Part shown: positions 45,187 through 55,584 of the stretch, piece after piece
Layout: each line of letters starts with the position of its first letter
Numbering within the stretch: position 1 is the stretch's first letter
From: Minisyncoccota bacterium
GTDB taxonomy: Bacteria; Patescibacteriota; Minisyncoccia; Phycocordibacterales; PALSA-1337
NCBI GenBank assembly: GCA_041665325.1
Contig: JBAYJB010000001.1
Coordinates: 61,824 to 125,823 of the forward strand
Length of the DNA: 64,000 bases
Direction: 5' to 3'
Program-made: the position numbers and the translations under genes
Notes under the pieces: model-generated
Told to the model about the DNA's origin: nothing
The model's input: only the letters and a program-made list of their open reading frames with translations
Database searches by the model: none

Positions 45187-46200
45187 ATGTCCGCCGCATA
45201 TGAGAACAACGCTGTCTTCTGGGTCGAGGTCGGCAAGATCGCCCCGAACCCATATCAGCCCAGGCAGGAATTCGACCAGGCCAAGCTCCGCGACCTCGCC
45301 GAGTCCATCCGCATGTACGGCGTCCTCCAGCCGCTCATCGTCACGCGCAAGGAAGTCTATCGCGAGGATGGCGGCATGGGCGTCGAGTATGAGCTCATCT
45401 CCGGCGAGCGCCGCCTGCGCGCCGCTAAGCTGGCTAGCCTTGTCCAAGTACCGGTACTCATCCGGAATGGTGAGGAGAGCGCTCGCGTCAAGCTAGAGAT
45501 CGCCATCATCGAGAATCTCCAGCGTGAGGACCTCAACCCGGTAGATCGGGCGCGCTCCTTTGACCGCTTGGCCAACGAATTCAAGCTCAAGCAGTCCGAG
45601 ATCGCCATCAAGGTAGGCAAGAGCCGTGAATACGTCTCGAACTCTCTGCGCATCCTCGCTCTGCCGCCCGAGATGGTCATGGCTCTAGAGGAGGGTAAGA
45701 TCTCCGAAGGGCATACCCGCCCACTCCTCATGTTGACCGATCGCAAGGCCGAGCAGGAAGTGCTCTTCCGGGAGATCATCCTGAAGAAGCTCACCGTCCG
45801 CGAGGCCGAGTCATTGTCGCGCCGCGTGGCCGTCGATCGCATCCGCAACAAGGCCAAGTACCTCGACCCGGTTATCATCGAGATGGAGAAATCATTTACC
45901 GAATCCCTCGGCACCCGCGTGCGCATCGAAAAGAACAAGGAGGGTGGCACGGTCACCATCGATTTCTTCTCGCCAGACGATCTGCGGGCCATCTTAGAAA
46001 AAATGCATCCGATGATGCCTGTCGTCTCCGCAGGCGGGAGCAGTGCTCCGCGAGGAGGAGGCGTAGCCGAGGATCGAGCGGATGTACTGCTGCCGCCGAG
46101 AGGAGACGGTGATGCTGCGCCGGTAGATGACCGCGCTCCTTCTGACGCCACCAAGGAAGACAACCAGGACCTCTACTCGCTCAAAGATTTCTCCATATAA
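45187..46200 (+). CDS. parB: Chromosome partitioning protein ParB/Spo0J
   Basis: PNPYQPR..F, LA.SI...GVLQP, ISGERRLRA, ENLQREDLNP, HTH, I.EGH.R.LL. Confidence 0.95.
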   Translation: MSAAYENNAVFWVEVGKIAPNPYQPRQEFDQAKLRDLAESIRMYGVLQPLIVTRKEVYREDGGMGVEYELISGERRLRAAKLASLVQVPVLIRNGEESARVKLEIAIIENLQREDLNPVDRARSFDRLANEFKLKQSEIAIKVGKSREYVSNSLRILALPPEMVMALEEGKISEGHTRPLLMLTDRKAEQEVLFREIILKKLTVREAESLSRRVAVDRIRNKAKYLDPVIIEMEKSFTESLGTRVRIEKNKEGGTVTIDFFSPDDLRAILEKMHPMMPVVSAGGSSAPRGGGVAEDRADVLLPPRGDGDAAPVDDRAPSDATKEDNQDLYSLKDFSI

Positions 46201-46245
46201 AAAAGCCGCGCTGTGCGAGCGCGGCGGGGATACTGGAGGGCTTGT

Positions 46246-46731
46246 TTAGCAAGCGGTGGCTGAAGCTCTTTGCAGGGCAAAAAGGTCGCTGATCATCGTC
46301 TCGACGAGTGCCGCTCGCACTTGGTTTGAACTAAGCGGCTTATGCAAGGTGCACGAACCGAGCTCGCGGAGTTCCCGAGCATTGTAGTTCATGAATGATG
46401 CCGCCATGAAGATCACCTTGGCCGGGTGCCTGCGCCTCTGAAGAGAGCGGGCCATGTCGATCCCTTCACGGCCACCACCCAAGCCGATGAGGATAATATC
46501 CGGATGATAGCTCGTATTCATCAGAGCGAAGGCATCACTGACATTGACCACAGTTTGGATCTCTTGCACACATCTCTGCGGTTCCACATTCCTCTGACCG
46601 TCTTGTTCTGCGCCGTCTTGCTTCTCGACATCAGTCGGTTTGATCAAAAGCTTCAAGAGAAGCTCGCGGGTGGCGGGCTCGCCGTCGACTACCAACAATT
46701 TCAATGCTTTGAGCAGGTCGTTTGCAGGCAT
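46246..46731 (-). CDS. Stand-alone receiver-like domain protein (atypical)
   Basis: LLVVDGE, PDIILIGL, G......L, VIFMAA, HKPL; GGAG RBS. Confidence 0.7.
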   Translation of the reverse strand: MPANDLLKALKLLVVDGEPATRELLLKLLIKPTDVEKQDGAEQDGQRNVEPQRCVQEIQTVVNVSDAFALMNTSYHPDIILIGLGGGREGIDMARSLQRRRHPAKVIFMAASFMNYNARELRELGSCTLHKPLSSNQVRAALVETMISDLFALQRASATAC

Positions 46732-46819
46732 GCTAACTTCCTCCGGGGTTATGGGTTGAGATTATTGAGAACAAAAAACATACTACCGAATAGAATAGTC
46801 GCACCTTTGGGTTTGCAAA

Positions 46820-49081
46820 TCAAGCGGCCTTTTTCTTGAAACCGCGAGTTTTCTTGGGGACGGCGAGCATCTCGAGCGCGCGGGCCATAGTGATAGTGTA
46901 GACATCGTCGGGCACCTTGATCGAACGGAAATCAGTGCCGGCGACTACATATGGGCCAAAGCGGCCGATCGAGGCAGTCACACCGTTGCCAGTCTTCGGG
47001 TCAGTGCCAAGGAGGCGCGGCACACTCAAGTACTTGAGTGCCTCGGCGACGGTCACCGTCGATGGGTCTGTGCCACGCGGGATCGAAGCCATCTTTGGTT
47101 TGACGACAGCCGATTCCGCAGAGGGTACTGGTGTGGTTAAATCCTTTGCCTTCTTTACCTTTTTAACTTTCTTCACCTTCGGCGGCTTCACACCCAGTTG
47201 GACATACGGTCCAAATCGGCCATTCAAGACGAATATCGGCAGACCGGTCGTCGGATCGTTGCCGATCGGCTCGTCCTTCTTGAATTCGTGACCATCGAGC
47301 GTCAGCGCGCCGTCACATTCCGGATACTTAGTGCATGACAGGAATTTGCCGTTGCGTCCGAGCTTGATCTCAAGGGGAGTCGAGCCACACTTGGGACACT
47401 TCCACTTCGGGTCGGCGGCGCCGAGGTTGGTGGCCTTGGCCAGCTTGTCCTTGGACAGGACTTCCTTGTGGAAAGGTCCATAGAACTCCGACAGAGTCTT
47501 GAGGTATGTGCGCGAGCCCTCGGCGATCTCGTCGAGCTTATTCTCCATGTCGGCCGTGAATGAGTCGCTGATATAAGTAGGGAAATATTCCTCGAGGAAT
47601 GAAGAGACGACGTCGCCGGTGTCAGTCGGTCGGAGTGAGCGGTTCTCCTTGGTGACATAGCCGCGATCCTCGATGGTCTTACAGATCGAAGCGTATGTCG
47701 AAGGGCGTCCGATACCGCGCTTCTCGAGCTCCTTGATAAGCCCTGCCTCGGTATATCGGCCCGGTGGCTGAGTCTGCTTCTCCTGTGCATCGATGGAGTC
47801 GAGCTTGAGTGCCTCGCCCTTGGCGCATTTTGGTAGAGTAACTTCCTCGCCGTTGGATTCCGGGTCGGCCTTGAGCCAGCCGGCCGCCAGGACGCGCGAG
47901 CCGGTGGCTTCGAATGCCGGCAGGGAGTCGTCATTGATATTGGCGATGATCTTGCTCCTGGCCATGACGGCGTCGATCATCTGCGAAGCCACAGTGCGCT
48001 GCCAGATCAGACGGTAGAGCTTCTTTTGTTCCTCGGTATGACCGGCATTGTCCTTGTTGAAATGGGTCGGGCGGATGGCTTCGTGCGCTTCCTGGGCATT
48101 CTTGCTTTTGGTAGCGTATTTGCGGAATTGGATATGTCCCTTGCCGTATTTCTTCTCAACGACCGGACCGATCTGGTCAAGGGCCTGCTGGGAGAGGTTG
48201 GTCGAATCGGTGCGCATATAGGTGATATAACCGGCCTCGTAGAGCTTCTGTGCCAGCGACATCGTCCATGAAGGGGCAAAGCCGAGCCGGGTGCTGGCTG
48301 TCTGCTGAAGTGTGGAAGTGATGAAGGGAGCTTTGGGCTGGCGCTTCTGCTCGGACTCCTCGACGTCTACTATATGCCAATCGTTGGCGCGGGCTTTGTC
48401 GAGGATGGCGTCTACCTCCTTCTTGTCGCGCGGTTCTTTGGAGCAAGTGAGGGCGAGCGGGACGCTCGCGGCGGTCTGCCACATACCGGCGATGACCCAG
48501 TAAGTCTCGGGCTGGAAGGCGCGGATCTCCCGTTCGCGTTCCATGATGATGCGCAAGGCGGGGGACTGGACGCGCCCGGCCGAGAGGCCGTAACGGACCT
48601 TCTTCCAGATCAGACCGGAGAGATCGTAACCGACCAAGCGGTCGAGGACGCGGCGGGCCTCCTGGGCCTCGACGAGCTTTTCGTCCACAGCTCGCGGATG
48701 CCCCATGGCTTCGTGCACGGCCTTCTCGGTGATCTCGTGGAAGGCCACGCGCTCGATCTTCTTCTTGACGCTGGCGCCGAGGCGGTCCTTGAGGACTTCG
48801 GAGATATGCCAAGCGATGGCTTCGCCCTCGCGGTCCGGGTCGGTCGCCAGGATGATCTCGTCGGCTCCGGCGGCTTCTTTGGCGATGTCGGCAATGATCA
48901 GCTCTTTCTTGGCCACGACCTCATAGTGTGGCACGAACCCTGCTTCGATATCGATGGCTTTCTTGGCGGACTTGGGGAGGTCGCGGATATGGCCGACCGA
49001 GGCACGTACGACGAAACCGTCTCCGAGATATTTGGAGATGGTCTTGGATTTCGACGGCGACTCGACGATGACCAGTTTCAT
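46820..49081 (-). CDS. topA: DNA topoisomerase I
   Basis: LVIVESP.K, GHIRDLP, ATDPDREGE, SAGRVQS, ITYMRTDS, AHEAIRP, GIGRPSTY, one Zn ribbon and C-terminal GRFGPY repeats. Confidence 0.98.
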   Translation of the reverse strand: MKLVIVESPSKSKTISKYLGDGFVVRASVGHIRDLPKSAKKAIDIEAGFVPHYEVVAKKELIIADIAKEAAGADEIILATDPDREGEAIAWHISEVLKDRLGASVKKKIERVAFHEITEKAVHEAMGHPRAVDEKLVEAQEARRVLDRLVGYDLSGLIWKKVRYGLSAGRVQSPALRIIMEREREIRAFQPETYWVIAGMWQTAASVPLALTCSKEPRDKKEVDAILDKARANDWHIVDVEESEQKRQPKAPFITSTLQQTASTRLGFAPSWTMSLAQKLYEAGYITYMRTDSTNLSQQALDQIGPVVEKKYGKGHIQFRKYATKSKNAQEAHEAIRPTHFNKDNAGHTEEQKKLYRLIWQRTVASQMIDAVMARSKIIANINDDSLPAFEATGSRVLAAGWLKADPESNGEEVTLPKCAKGEALKLDSIDAQEKQTQPPGRYTEAGLIKELEKRGIGRPSTYASICKTIEDRGYVTKENRSLRPTDTGDVVSSFLEEYFPTYISDSFTADMENKLDEIAEGSRTYLKTLSEFYGPFHKEVLSKDKLAKATNLGAADPKWKCPKCGSTPLEIKLGRNGKFLSCTKYPECDGALTLDGHEFKKDEPIGNDPTTGLPIFVLNGRFGPYVQLGVKPPKVKKVKKVKKAKDLTTPVPSAESAVVKPKMASIPRGTDPSTVTVAEALKYLSVPRLLGTDPKTGNGVTASIGRFGPYVVAGTDFRSIKVPDDVYTITMARALEMLAVPKKTRGFKKKAA

Positions 49082-49186
49082 TGCGGCTAAGTATTACACG
49101 ATAAGCGGCGAAAGTGCAAAAAACTGTCAAGAATTGGTGCCGGTTTTTTGGCCGGTCGGCGGGGAAGAGTATCTCCCCGGCTCAAA

Positions 49187-49308
49187 AAACTGAAGGCCAT
49201 TTTTGTGTCGTATAATATTTCCTCGTTTCAAACGACCCTTACGTAGTCTATGTTATCAGACCATATTTTTCGGGTTTTGACTTAGAAATTTTTGAGGCCC
49301 GGAGACAT
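49187..49308 (+). repeat. Dispersed intergenic repeat family B, long copy
   Basis: Aligns with reverse complement of 2703..2812 and with 8010..8060 and 9115..9154. Confidence 0.8.
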
Positions 49309-49373
49309 ACCTCATCGGGGATTTGGCATGCACCCTTTCGTCTGCCGCAGTGTGCGTTGTGGTGTTCGCGGCA

Positions 49374-50282
49374 TCAGATTGTTTTTGCCATCCCATCCTC
49401 GGTCTTGATTAGCCCTTCAAGCTCCAAGTAAGAGAGCTTTTCACTGAGCACCTCAGGCTTCACAGCCATCATATCTAACAATTCCTCCAGAGGGGTCTCT
49501 TCTCTCGCAAGCAGGGTATATATCCTCTTAGACAGTTCATCCAACGAATCCTTCCTGTCCTCGATGAGTTTGGCCTTGCGTTCCGCCGCTTCGGTATCGG
49601 ATATATCGAAACCGAGCTCCATGAGTACATCTTCTGCTGATCTGATGAGAGCCGCCCCTCCTCTGATGAGCATATGCGGCCCGTATGAATTATCGGCATT
49701 GATCGGGCCGGGGACGGCATAGACATCACGGTGACACTTCTCGGCATGCTGGGCAGTCATGAGCGACCCCGAACGATATGCTGCTTCGACTACCAGAGTG
49801 GCATGAGACAATCCGGCCATGACCAGATTACGCGCAGGAAATGCCCATTTATTCGTGGGGTAACCAACCTCCCATTGCGATACTACCGCGCCGCCCTGCT
49901 CGACGATACGCTTGGCCAGTATCGTGTGCATTGAAGGATAGATCTGATCCCAGGCCAGGGTTGAACCAGGGAAGGCTATGCAGTGCAACCCAGCTTCGAG
50001 ACCGGCCATGTGAGCGATACTGTCGATACCGATGGCCAGACCGGAAACAATGCTGATAGGATAGCCACGCAGGCCGCTCACGACCTTGTAGACAGCATCA
50101 CGGCCATAAGTACTCCATTTACGGGAGCCGACGATGCACAGATATTTGCGGCCCGGCTCATCCGGATCGCTATCGTCAGGCGCTGGGAAGCGCCCTCTAT
50201 AATAGAGCCTAGCTGGCGGTCCCTTCATATTCTCAAGCGTTATCGGATACGAGCCTCTACGGATCATTTTGATCTCATCCAT
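49374..50282 (-). CDS. dprA: DNA-processing protein DprA
   Basis: IVGSR..S.YG, VSGLAIGID..AH, FPARN..MAGLS, VVEA..RSGSL.TA, VYAVPG. Confidence 0.96.
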   Translation of the reverse strand: MDEIKMIRRGSYPITLENMKGPPARLYYRGRFPAPDDSDPDEPGRKYLCIVGSRKWSTYGRDAVYKVVSGLRGYPISIVSGLAIGIDSIAHMAGLEAGLHCIAFPGSTLAWDQIYPSMHTILAKRIVEQGGAVVSQWEVGYPTNKWAFPARNLVMAGLSHATLVVEAAYRSGSLMTAQHAEKCHRDVYAVPGPINADNSYGPHMLIRGGAALIRSAEDVLMELGFDISDTEAAERKAKLIEDRKDSLDELSKRIYTLLAREETPLEELLDMMAVKPEVLSEKLSYLELEGLIKTEDGMAKTI

Positions 50283-50433
50283 GTCGATGTGCGCTGGCAG
50301 GTGCGCGGCTAAGGTAATAAAAAATGGCGCCTCTCGGGCCATTGCGACCCGCCTATCATAGCACTTTTTTTATCGGTCAAGTATTGCTATGATTAACGGA
50401 CCGCGCGAAACTGCCGGGCCATCGCTAATCCAC

Positions 50434-51699
50434 ATGCTAGACATCAAATTCATCCGCGAAAATAAAGACCTCATCATGGCTGGCGCCAAGAAGAAGCACA
50501 TCGCCTTCGACGTGGCCGAGCTCATCTCCTTCGACGACAAGCGCCGTGCGCTCATGCTGACCGCCGAGACCAAGCGCGCCGAACAGAACGTCGCCAGCAA
50601 CAAGATCGCCAACACCCTGGCCGAAGATGCCCGTACCCGCCTCATCGGTGAGATGAAACTCGTGAAGGCCGACCTCGAACGCTCCGAGAACGAGCTCAAG
50701 GAAGTCATGAAAGTCTGGCAAGACTTGATGCTCCGCGTACCCAACATCCCGGATATGTCAGTGCCCGAGGGTGCAAGCGACGCCGACAATCAGGTTATGA
50801 AGACTTGGGGAGATCAGACCAAGTTCGACTTTGAACCAAAGGATCATATCGAGATCATGAATAAGCTTGGCATACTGGATCTTGAACGCGGCCAGAAAGT
50901 CCACGGCTTTCGTGGATATTATCTGACAGGAGACGCTGTGAAGTTATGCTTCGCAATCTGGAGCTACGCCTTGGATTTCTTCAGCAAGAAAGGTTTTAAT
51001 CCTGTCATGCCACCAATGGTTGTTCGTAAGATCAATTTCTATGGTACGGGACATTTACCTGCTGATGTCGACGATTATTACACGACGCAGGATGGTGACG
51101 GTCTCATTGCCACAGCAGAGATCCCACTCATGGGTCTCCATTCCGATGAAGTGTTGGATATAAAGGACTTGCCCAAGAAGTATCTTGGATTTTCTGCTTG
51201 TTTCAGACGCGAGGCCGGCGCGCACAGCAAAGATGTCAAAGGCCTCATCCGCGTCAATGAGTTCTACAAATTCGAACAGCTCATTCTCTGTGAAGCTAGT
51301 CATGACACTTCTGTAAAATTCCATGAAGAACTTAATCGAAATACAGAGGAGTTCATCGAATCGCTCGGCATCCCATACCATACCGTCAACGCTTGTACGG
51401 GCGATCTGGGCAGGGGTCATGTCAAAATGTATGACATAGAGTTGTGGGTACCCAAGGAGGGTAAATATCGAGAGATTTCCTCAGCTTCCTACTTCCATGA
51501 TTTTCAATCTCGCCGTTGCAACATCCGCTACAAGGACGCCGAAGGCAAGCTCAAGTACTGCCACTCTCTGAACGCCACCGCCATCCCGACCCCGCGCATC
51601 CTGGTCTCGCTCATCGAGAATTTCCAGCAGGCCGACGGCTCCATCAAAGTGCCTGAAGTGCTCGTCAAATATCTGGGTAAGGACACCATCGGCAAATGA
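50434..51699 (+). CDS. serS: Serine--tRNA ligase
   Basis: MLDIKFIREN, PN.P..SVP.G, LIATAE, CFRREAG, GLIRV.EF.K.E, REISSAS, HSLNAT. Confidence 0.97.
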   Translation: MLDIKFIRENKDLIMAGAKKKHIAFDVAELISFDDKRRALMLTAETKRAEQNVASNKIANTLAEDARTRLIGEMKLVKADLERSENELKEVMKVWQDLMLRVPNIPDMSVPEGASDADNQVMKTWGDQTKFDFEPKDHIEIMNKLGILDLERGQKVHGFRGYYLTGDAVKLCFAIWSYALDFFSKKGFNPVMPPMVVRKINFYGTGHLPADVDDYYTTQDGDGLIATAEIPLMGLHSDEVLDIKDLPKKYLGFSACFRREAGAHSKDVKGLIRVNEFYKFEQLILCEASHDTSVKFHEELNRNTEEFIESLGIPYHTVNACTGDLGRGHVKMYDIELWVPKEGKYREISSASYFHDFQSRRCNIRYKDAEGKLKYCHSLNATAIPTPRILVSLIENFQQADGSIKVPEVLVKYLGKDTIGK

Positions 51700-52610
51700 A
51701 TGTTCCTAGCCGACTACAAAGCCACTCGACTCAATCAAGCTCTTTTGCCAGAAAGAGGAAACAACGGCACATCATAGGGTGGGGCGCCGGTGCAATCTGC
51801 GTCATCACTTGGCTATACATCTTGGCGCGCTTGTCATATGTGGCGGCATTCGCTATCACCGATATCCACATCTACAGCGCTGATCGCAGTCTCGCGCCAA
51901 CCGTAGAGGAAGCCGCTCATGATATCCTCGGGGGCGCCTATCTAGGATTATTTTCCAAATCCAATAGCCTCATATATCCGAAGAGAGCTCTCTTGAGCGC
52001 CATAGCTTCTTCGTCTCTCCGGATCGGCGCAGTCTCTATGGCTCGCGACGGCTGGCACGGCCTCAATATCTCCGTTTCAGAGCGGCCCGCGGCTGGCATC
52101 GTCTGCCCGAGCCTGCCCAGCTTCGATGAACGGGGCGTGCTCATCCGGGACGAAGATTGCTTCTTTGTCGACGATGACGGTCTGATCTTCCAGCGCGTTC
52201 CCGGAGACGACCACGGCGTATACAACCGTTATTACACTCCGGCCCTGCCGGACGACGCTTCTATCATCGGCTTGCTCGCCACCTCGACGTCCAAGTTCAA
52301 GGCTCTACAGACATTGTTCAACACCACCAAGTCAGCCGGGATCGTGTCGCGAGCCATGCTCATCAAAGACAGCGGTGAATACGAGCTATACGCCGACAAT
52401 CCGGTCGGCGGTGAGACCGGCACATCGAGCCACAAAGGGCCGGTGGTCATATACCTGAGCGACAGGGTTCCGCTTGAGATCGAGATAGACAATCTGGTGC
52501 AATTCTGGAAGAAGATGGTCGAAAAGGCCCGGGTTGCCCGAGCGCGGCTCGAATGGAGTGAGATCAAACTCCAATACCCGCCAAATGTCTTCTGGGTGGA
52601 TACAAAGTGA
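51696..52610 (+). CDS. FtsQ/DivIB-like membrane protein (tentative)
   Basis: Basic N-terminus, single TM, POTRA-like segment, L.ISVSER, C.FVD..G.IF. Confidence 0.55.
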   Translation: MNVPSRLQSHSTQSSSFARKRKQRHIIGWGAGAICVITWLYILARLSYVAAFAITDIHIYSADRSLAPTVEEAAHDILGGAYLGLFSKSNSLIYPKRALLSAIASSSLRIGAVSMARDGWHGLNISVSERPAAGIVCPSLPSFDERGVLIRDEDCFFVDDDGLIFQRVPGDDHGVYNRYYTPALPDDASIIGLLATSTSKFKALQTLFNTTKSAGIVSRAMLIKDSGEYELYADNPVGGETGTSSHKGPVVIYLSDRVPLEIEIDNLVQFWKKMVEKARVARARLEWSEIKLQYPPNVFWVDTK

Positions 52611-53587
52611 TGAGACAATTCTTTACAATCCTCTTTGGAGGCCTCATAGCCATCGCGACCGGCCTCATCCTAGTCTGGGGGCTATTACAGGCCGGACAAT
52701 GGTTCTCGACGAATATCCTCGGCCTGGACGGTGCTCGCGGCTCCTCATCCGTGGCCGCCGCTGGCATAGCCTCCGGAGCTCTGACGGACCAGAGCACTAT
52801 CTCCGGATTGACCAGGATCATCCGCTATACCGCTTCGGAGGAGGAAGACCTGATCAACAAGACTGCCTTGGCCTTGCCCTCGGGCGCCGACAGCCGGATC
52901 ACCGCCGAGGCCTACATCGTCAAGGATCTGACGACGGGCACGGAAGTAGCGCAATACAACCAAGAGCGGCTGCTGCCGGTGGCTTCACTGACCAAGCTCG
53001 TCACGGCCATGGTCGCCCGGAAATATATCCCCGCTGATGCGCGCATCACGCTCACGGCCGAGGTCATATCCACTTACGGCAATACAGCGCTCTTCCGAGT
53101 TGGGGAGACTTTTGCCGCGAGCGACCTCCTGTATCCGTTGCTCATGGTCTCTTCGAACGACGCCGCCGAGGCCTACGCGCGCCATTTTGGCCGAAAGCAG
53201 TTCGTCCAAGCCATGAATGACTTCGTGCAATCGATCGGTGCCTATCGGACGGTCTTCGAGGATCCTTCCGGACTTTCGCCGCGCAATCAGTCGACGGCTG
53301 TCGATATGGCCATCATCATCGATTGGATCCGCCTTCACGATCCGGAGATCATCTCGATCACAGACCAGAAGAGCAAGACTGTGCGCAACCACACATGGGT
53401 CAACCCGACGCACTTCCTATCCTGGTCATACTATCGCGGCGGCAAGAATGGCTATACGGACGAAGCTGATCGCACTTCGGTCGGACTCTTTGCCATCGGC
53501 CGCAGTCAGGACACCTACGCGGTGGTTGTCCTCGGGAGCGACGACCGCGACGGCGATGTGATAAAGCTACTTAACAAGATCAGATGA
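52607..53587 (+). CDS. D-alanyl-D-alanine carboxypeptidase (S11 family)
   Basis: PVASLTKLVTA (SxxK), SSNDAA (SxN), GGKNGYT. Confidence 0.9.
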   Translation: MMRQFFTILFGGLIAIATGLILVWGLLQAGQWFSTNILGLDGARGSSSVAAAGIASGALTDQSTISGLTRIIRYTASEEEDLINKTALALPSGADSRITAEAYIVKDLTTGTEVAQYNQERLLPVASLTKLVTAMVARKYIPADARITLTAEVISTYGNTALFRVGETFAASDLLYPLLMVSSNDAAEAYARHFGRKQFVQAMNDFVQSIGAYRTVFEDPSGLSPRNQSTAVDMAIIIDWIRLHDPEIISITDQKSKTVRNHTWVNPTHFLSWSYYRGGKNGYTDEADRTSVGLFAIGRSQDTYAVVVLGSDDRDGDVIKLLNKIR

Positions 53588-54537
53588 AGGACTTCTGGAC
53601 AAAACTACCTCGGCCGTTGTTCGTCTTGGCACCCATGGCCAATGTCACCGACAGTGCCTTCCGCAAGCTCATCGCCAAATACGGCAAGCCGGATGTGACG
53701 TGGACGGAATTCGTCTCGGCTGATGGCCTGATCTCGGCGGGCGGCAAGAGACTGCTCGTCGATCTCGAGTACTCCAACGCCGAGCGGCCGATCGTGGCCC
53801 AGCTCTTCACTGGCCATCCCGCAGTCATGAAGAAAGCGGCCGCGCTGGTGAAGAAACTCAAGTTCGATGGTCTAGACATCAACATGGGCTGTCCGGACCG
53901 GTCGGTTGAGAAGCAGGGAGGCGGTGCGGCTATGATCAAGGATCCGAAGAAGGCCATCGAAGTCATCGAGGCGGCTCGTGAAGGTGCAAAGGGGTTGCCT
54001 GTCTCCGTGAAGACGCGTTTGGGGTATAACAAAGTCGATTTTGATTGGATTAAAATTATGCTTGAATTGAAGTTGCCGGCCCTGACCATCCACCTTCGCA
54101 CGCGCAAGGAGATGTCTGATGTCCCAGCGCATTGGGAACTGATGCCGGCTATCGTCAAACTGCGCGACGAGATCAGCCCGAAGACTCTCATCATAGGCAA
54201 TGGCGATGTGGAGTCGTTGGCTGATGGCCAGGCCAAGATCAAGCGCTCCGGGTGCGATGGCGTGATGATCGGCCGTGGCATATTCGGCACGCCGTGGTTA
54301 TTTGAGAAGAAAGCGAAGCAGAGGACGCCTGCCGAACGCTTGAAGGTGATGGTCGAGCATGCCAAATTGTTCGAGAAGAAATTCAAGGGCATCAAGAACT
54401 TCGCCATCATGCGCAAGCACTTCAAGGCCTATGTCTCCGGCTGGGAGGGGGCCAAGGAATTGCGCGTCAAACTGATGGAAACAGAGGATGCCCGAGATGT
54501 CGCATCTGTGGTAAAACAATACCTCGACGCATGTTAA
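53584..54537 (+). CDS. dus: tRNA-dihydrouridine synthase
   Basis: LAPMANVTD, DINMGCP, PVSVKTR.G, IHLRT, GNGDV, DGVMIGRG. Confidence 0.95.
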   Translation: MKDFWTKLPRPLFVLAPMANVTDSAFRKLIAKYGKPDVTWTEFVSADGLISAGGKRLLVDLEYSNAERPIVAQLFTGHPAVMKKAAALVKKLKFDGLDINMGCPDRSVEKQGGGAAMIKDPKKAIEVIEAAREGAKGLPVSVKTRLGYNKVDFDWIKIMLELKLPALTIHLRTRKEMSDVPAHWELMPAIVKLRDEISPKTLIIGNGDVESLADGQAKIKRSGCDGVMIGRGIFGTPWLFEKKAKQRTPAERLKVMVEHAKLFEKKFKGIKNFAIMRKHFKAYVSGWEGAKELRVKLMETEDARDVASVVKQYLDAC

Positions 54538-54546
54538 TATAGATAT

Positions 54547-55563
54547 ATGCCCGTCCTCTACCGCACATACCGCCCGCAGAAATGGTCCGAAGTGATGGGC
54601 CAGGCCGACATCGTGGAGACTCTCAAGGATTCCGTTGAGAACAAGCGCACGGCCCACGCATATCTCTTTTCCGGCTCTCGCGGCACCGGCAAGACCACCG
54701 TGGCTCGTATCATGGCCAAGGCCCTGGGCACGGCCGACGAGGACATCTTCGAGATCGACGCCGCCTCCAATCGCGGTATCGACGACATCCGCGCCTTGCG
54801 CGAACATGTCTCGGTGCGACCATTCTCGTCCGCTTTCAAAGTCTATATCATCGACGAGGTGCATATGCTCTCCAAAGACGCCTGGAACGCGCTCTTGAAG
54901 ACGCTCGAGGAGCCGCCGACACATGTGGTCTTCATCCTGGCTACGACCGAGCTCGACAAAGTACCGGAGACGATCGTTTCGCGTTGTCAGACATTTACAT
55001 TCAAGAAGCCAGGCAGGGAAGTTGTTAGGAAACAAGTATTGATGGTCGCTAAGGCCGAAGGGTATGAATTGGATGCCGGAGCTTCAGATCTAATCGCTCT
55101 TTTAGGCGACGGTTCGTTCCGCGATGCCCTAGGAATGCTTGAGAAGGTCTTCGCAGCCAGTTCCGGCAAGAAGATCGCTCGTGCGCAGGTCGAATCCATC
55201 ACCGGTGCCCCGCGGGCCGGGCTCGTCAACAACTTCATCGAACACTTCATCGCCAAGCAAGGGGACGCTGCTCTGGGAGTGCTCGCTAAGGCCGAAGAGG
55301 ATGGGATCTCCTTGAATACCTTCATCACCCTGGTCCTCGAGAAGACGCGTTTCATCTTGCTTGTGCAACATTCCAAGTCCGCCGAAGCTTCCGTGAAGGA
55401 ACGCGTCTCGCCGGACGACTGGGAATTCATCGCCAAGGAGGCAGGGAAGAAGTTCCTCACGCCCGTCATGCTCTCCATGATCCTCGAAGCCGCCGAAGGC
55501 ACCCAACGCGCTCGCATCGAGCAGCTGCCCCTCGAGTTGGCTGTAGTCAAGATCTGTGGTTAA
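54547..55563 (+). CDS. dnaX: DNA polymerase III subunit gamma/tau (short form)
   Basis: LYR.YRP, HAYLFSGSRGTGKTT, EIDAASN.G, IDEVHML, NALLKTLEEPP, SRCQ. Confidence 0.96.
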   Translation: MPVLYRTYRPQKWSEVMGQADIVETLKDSVENKRTAHAYLFSGSRGTGKTTVARIMAKALGTADEDIFEIDAASNRGIDDIRALREHVSVRPFSSAFKVYIIDEVHMLSKDAWNALLKTLEEPPTHVVFILATTELDKVPETIVSRCQTFTFKKPGREVVRKQVLMVAKAEGYELDAGASDLIALLGDGSFRDALGMLEKVFAASSGKKIARAQVESITGAPRAGLVNNFIEHFIAKQGDAALGVLAKAEEDGISLNTFITLVLEKTRFILLVQHSKSAEASVKERVSPDDWEFIAKEAGKKFLTPVMLSMILEAAEGTQRARIEQLPLELAVVKICG

Positions 55564-55584
55564 ATGAAGGTCCTCGTTATTCTT

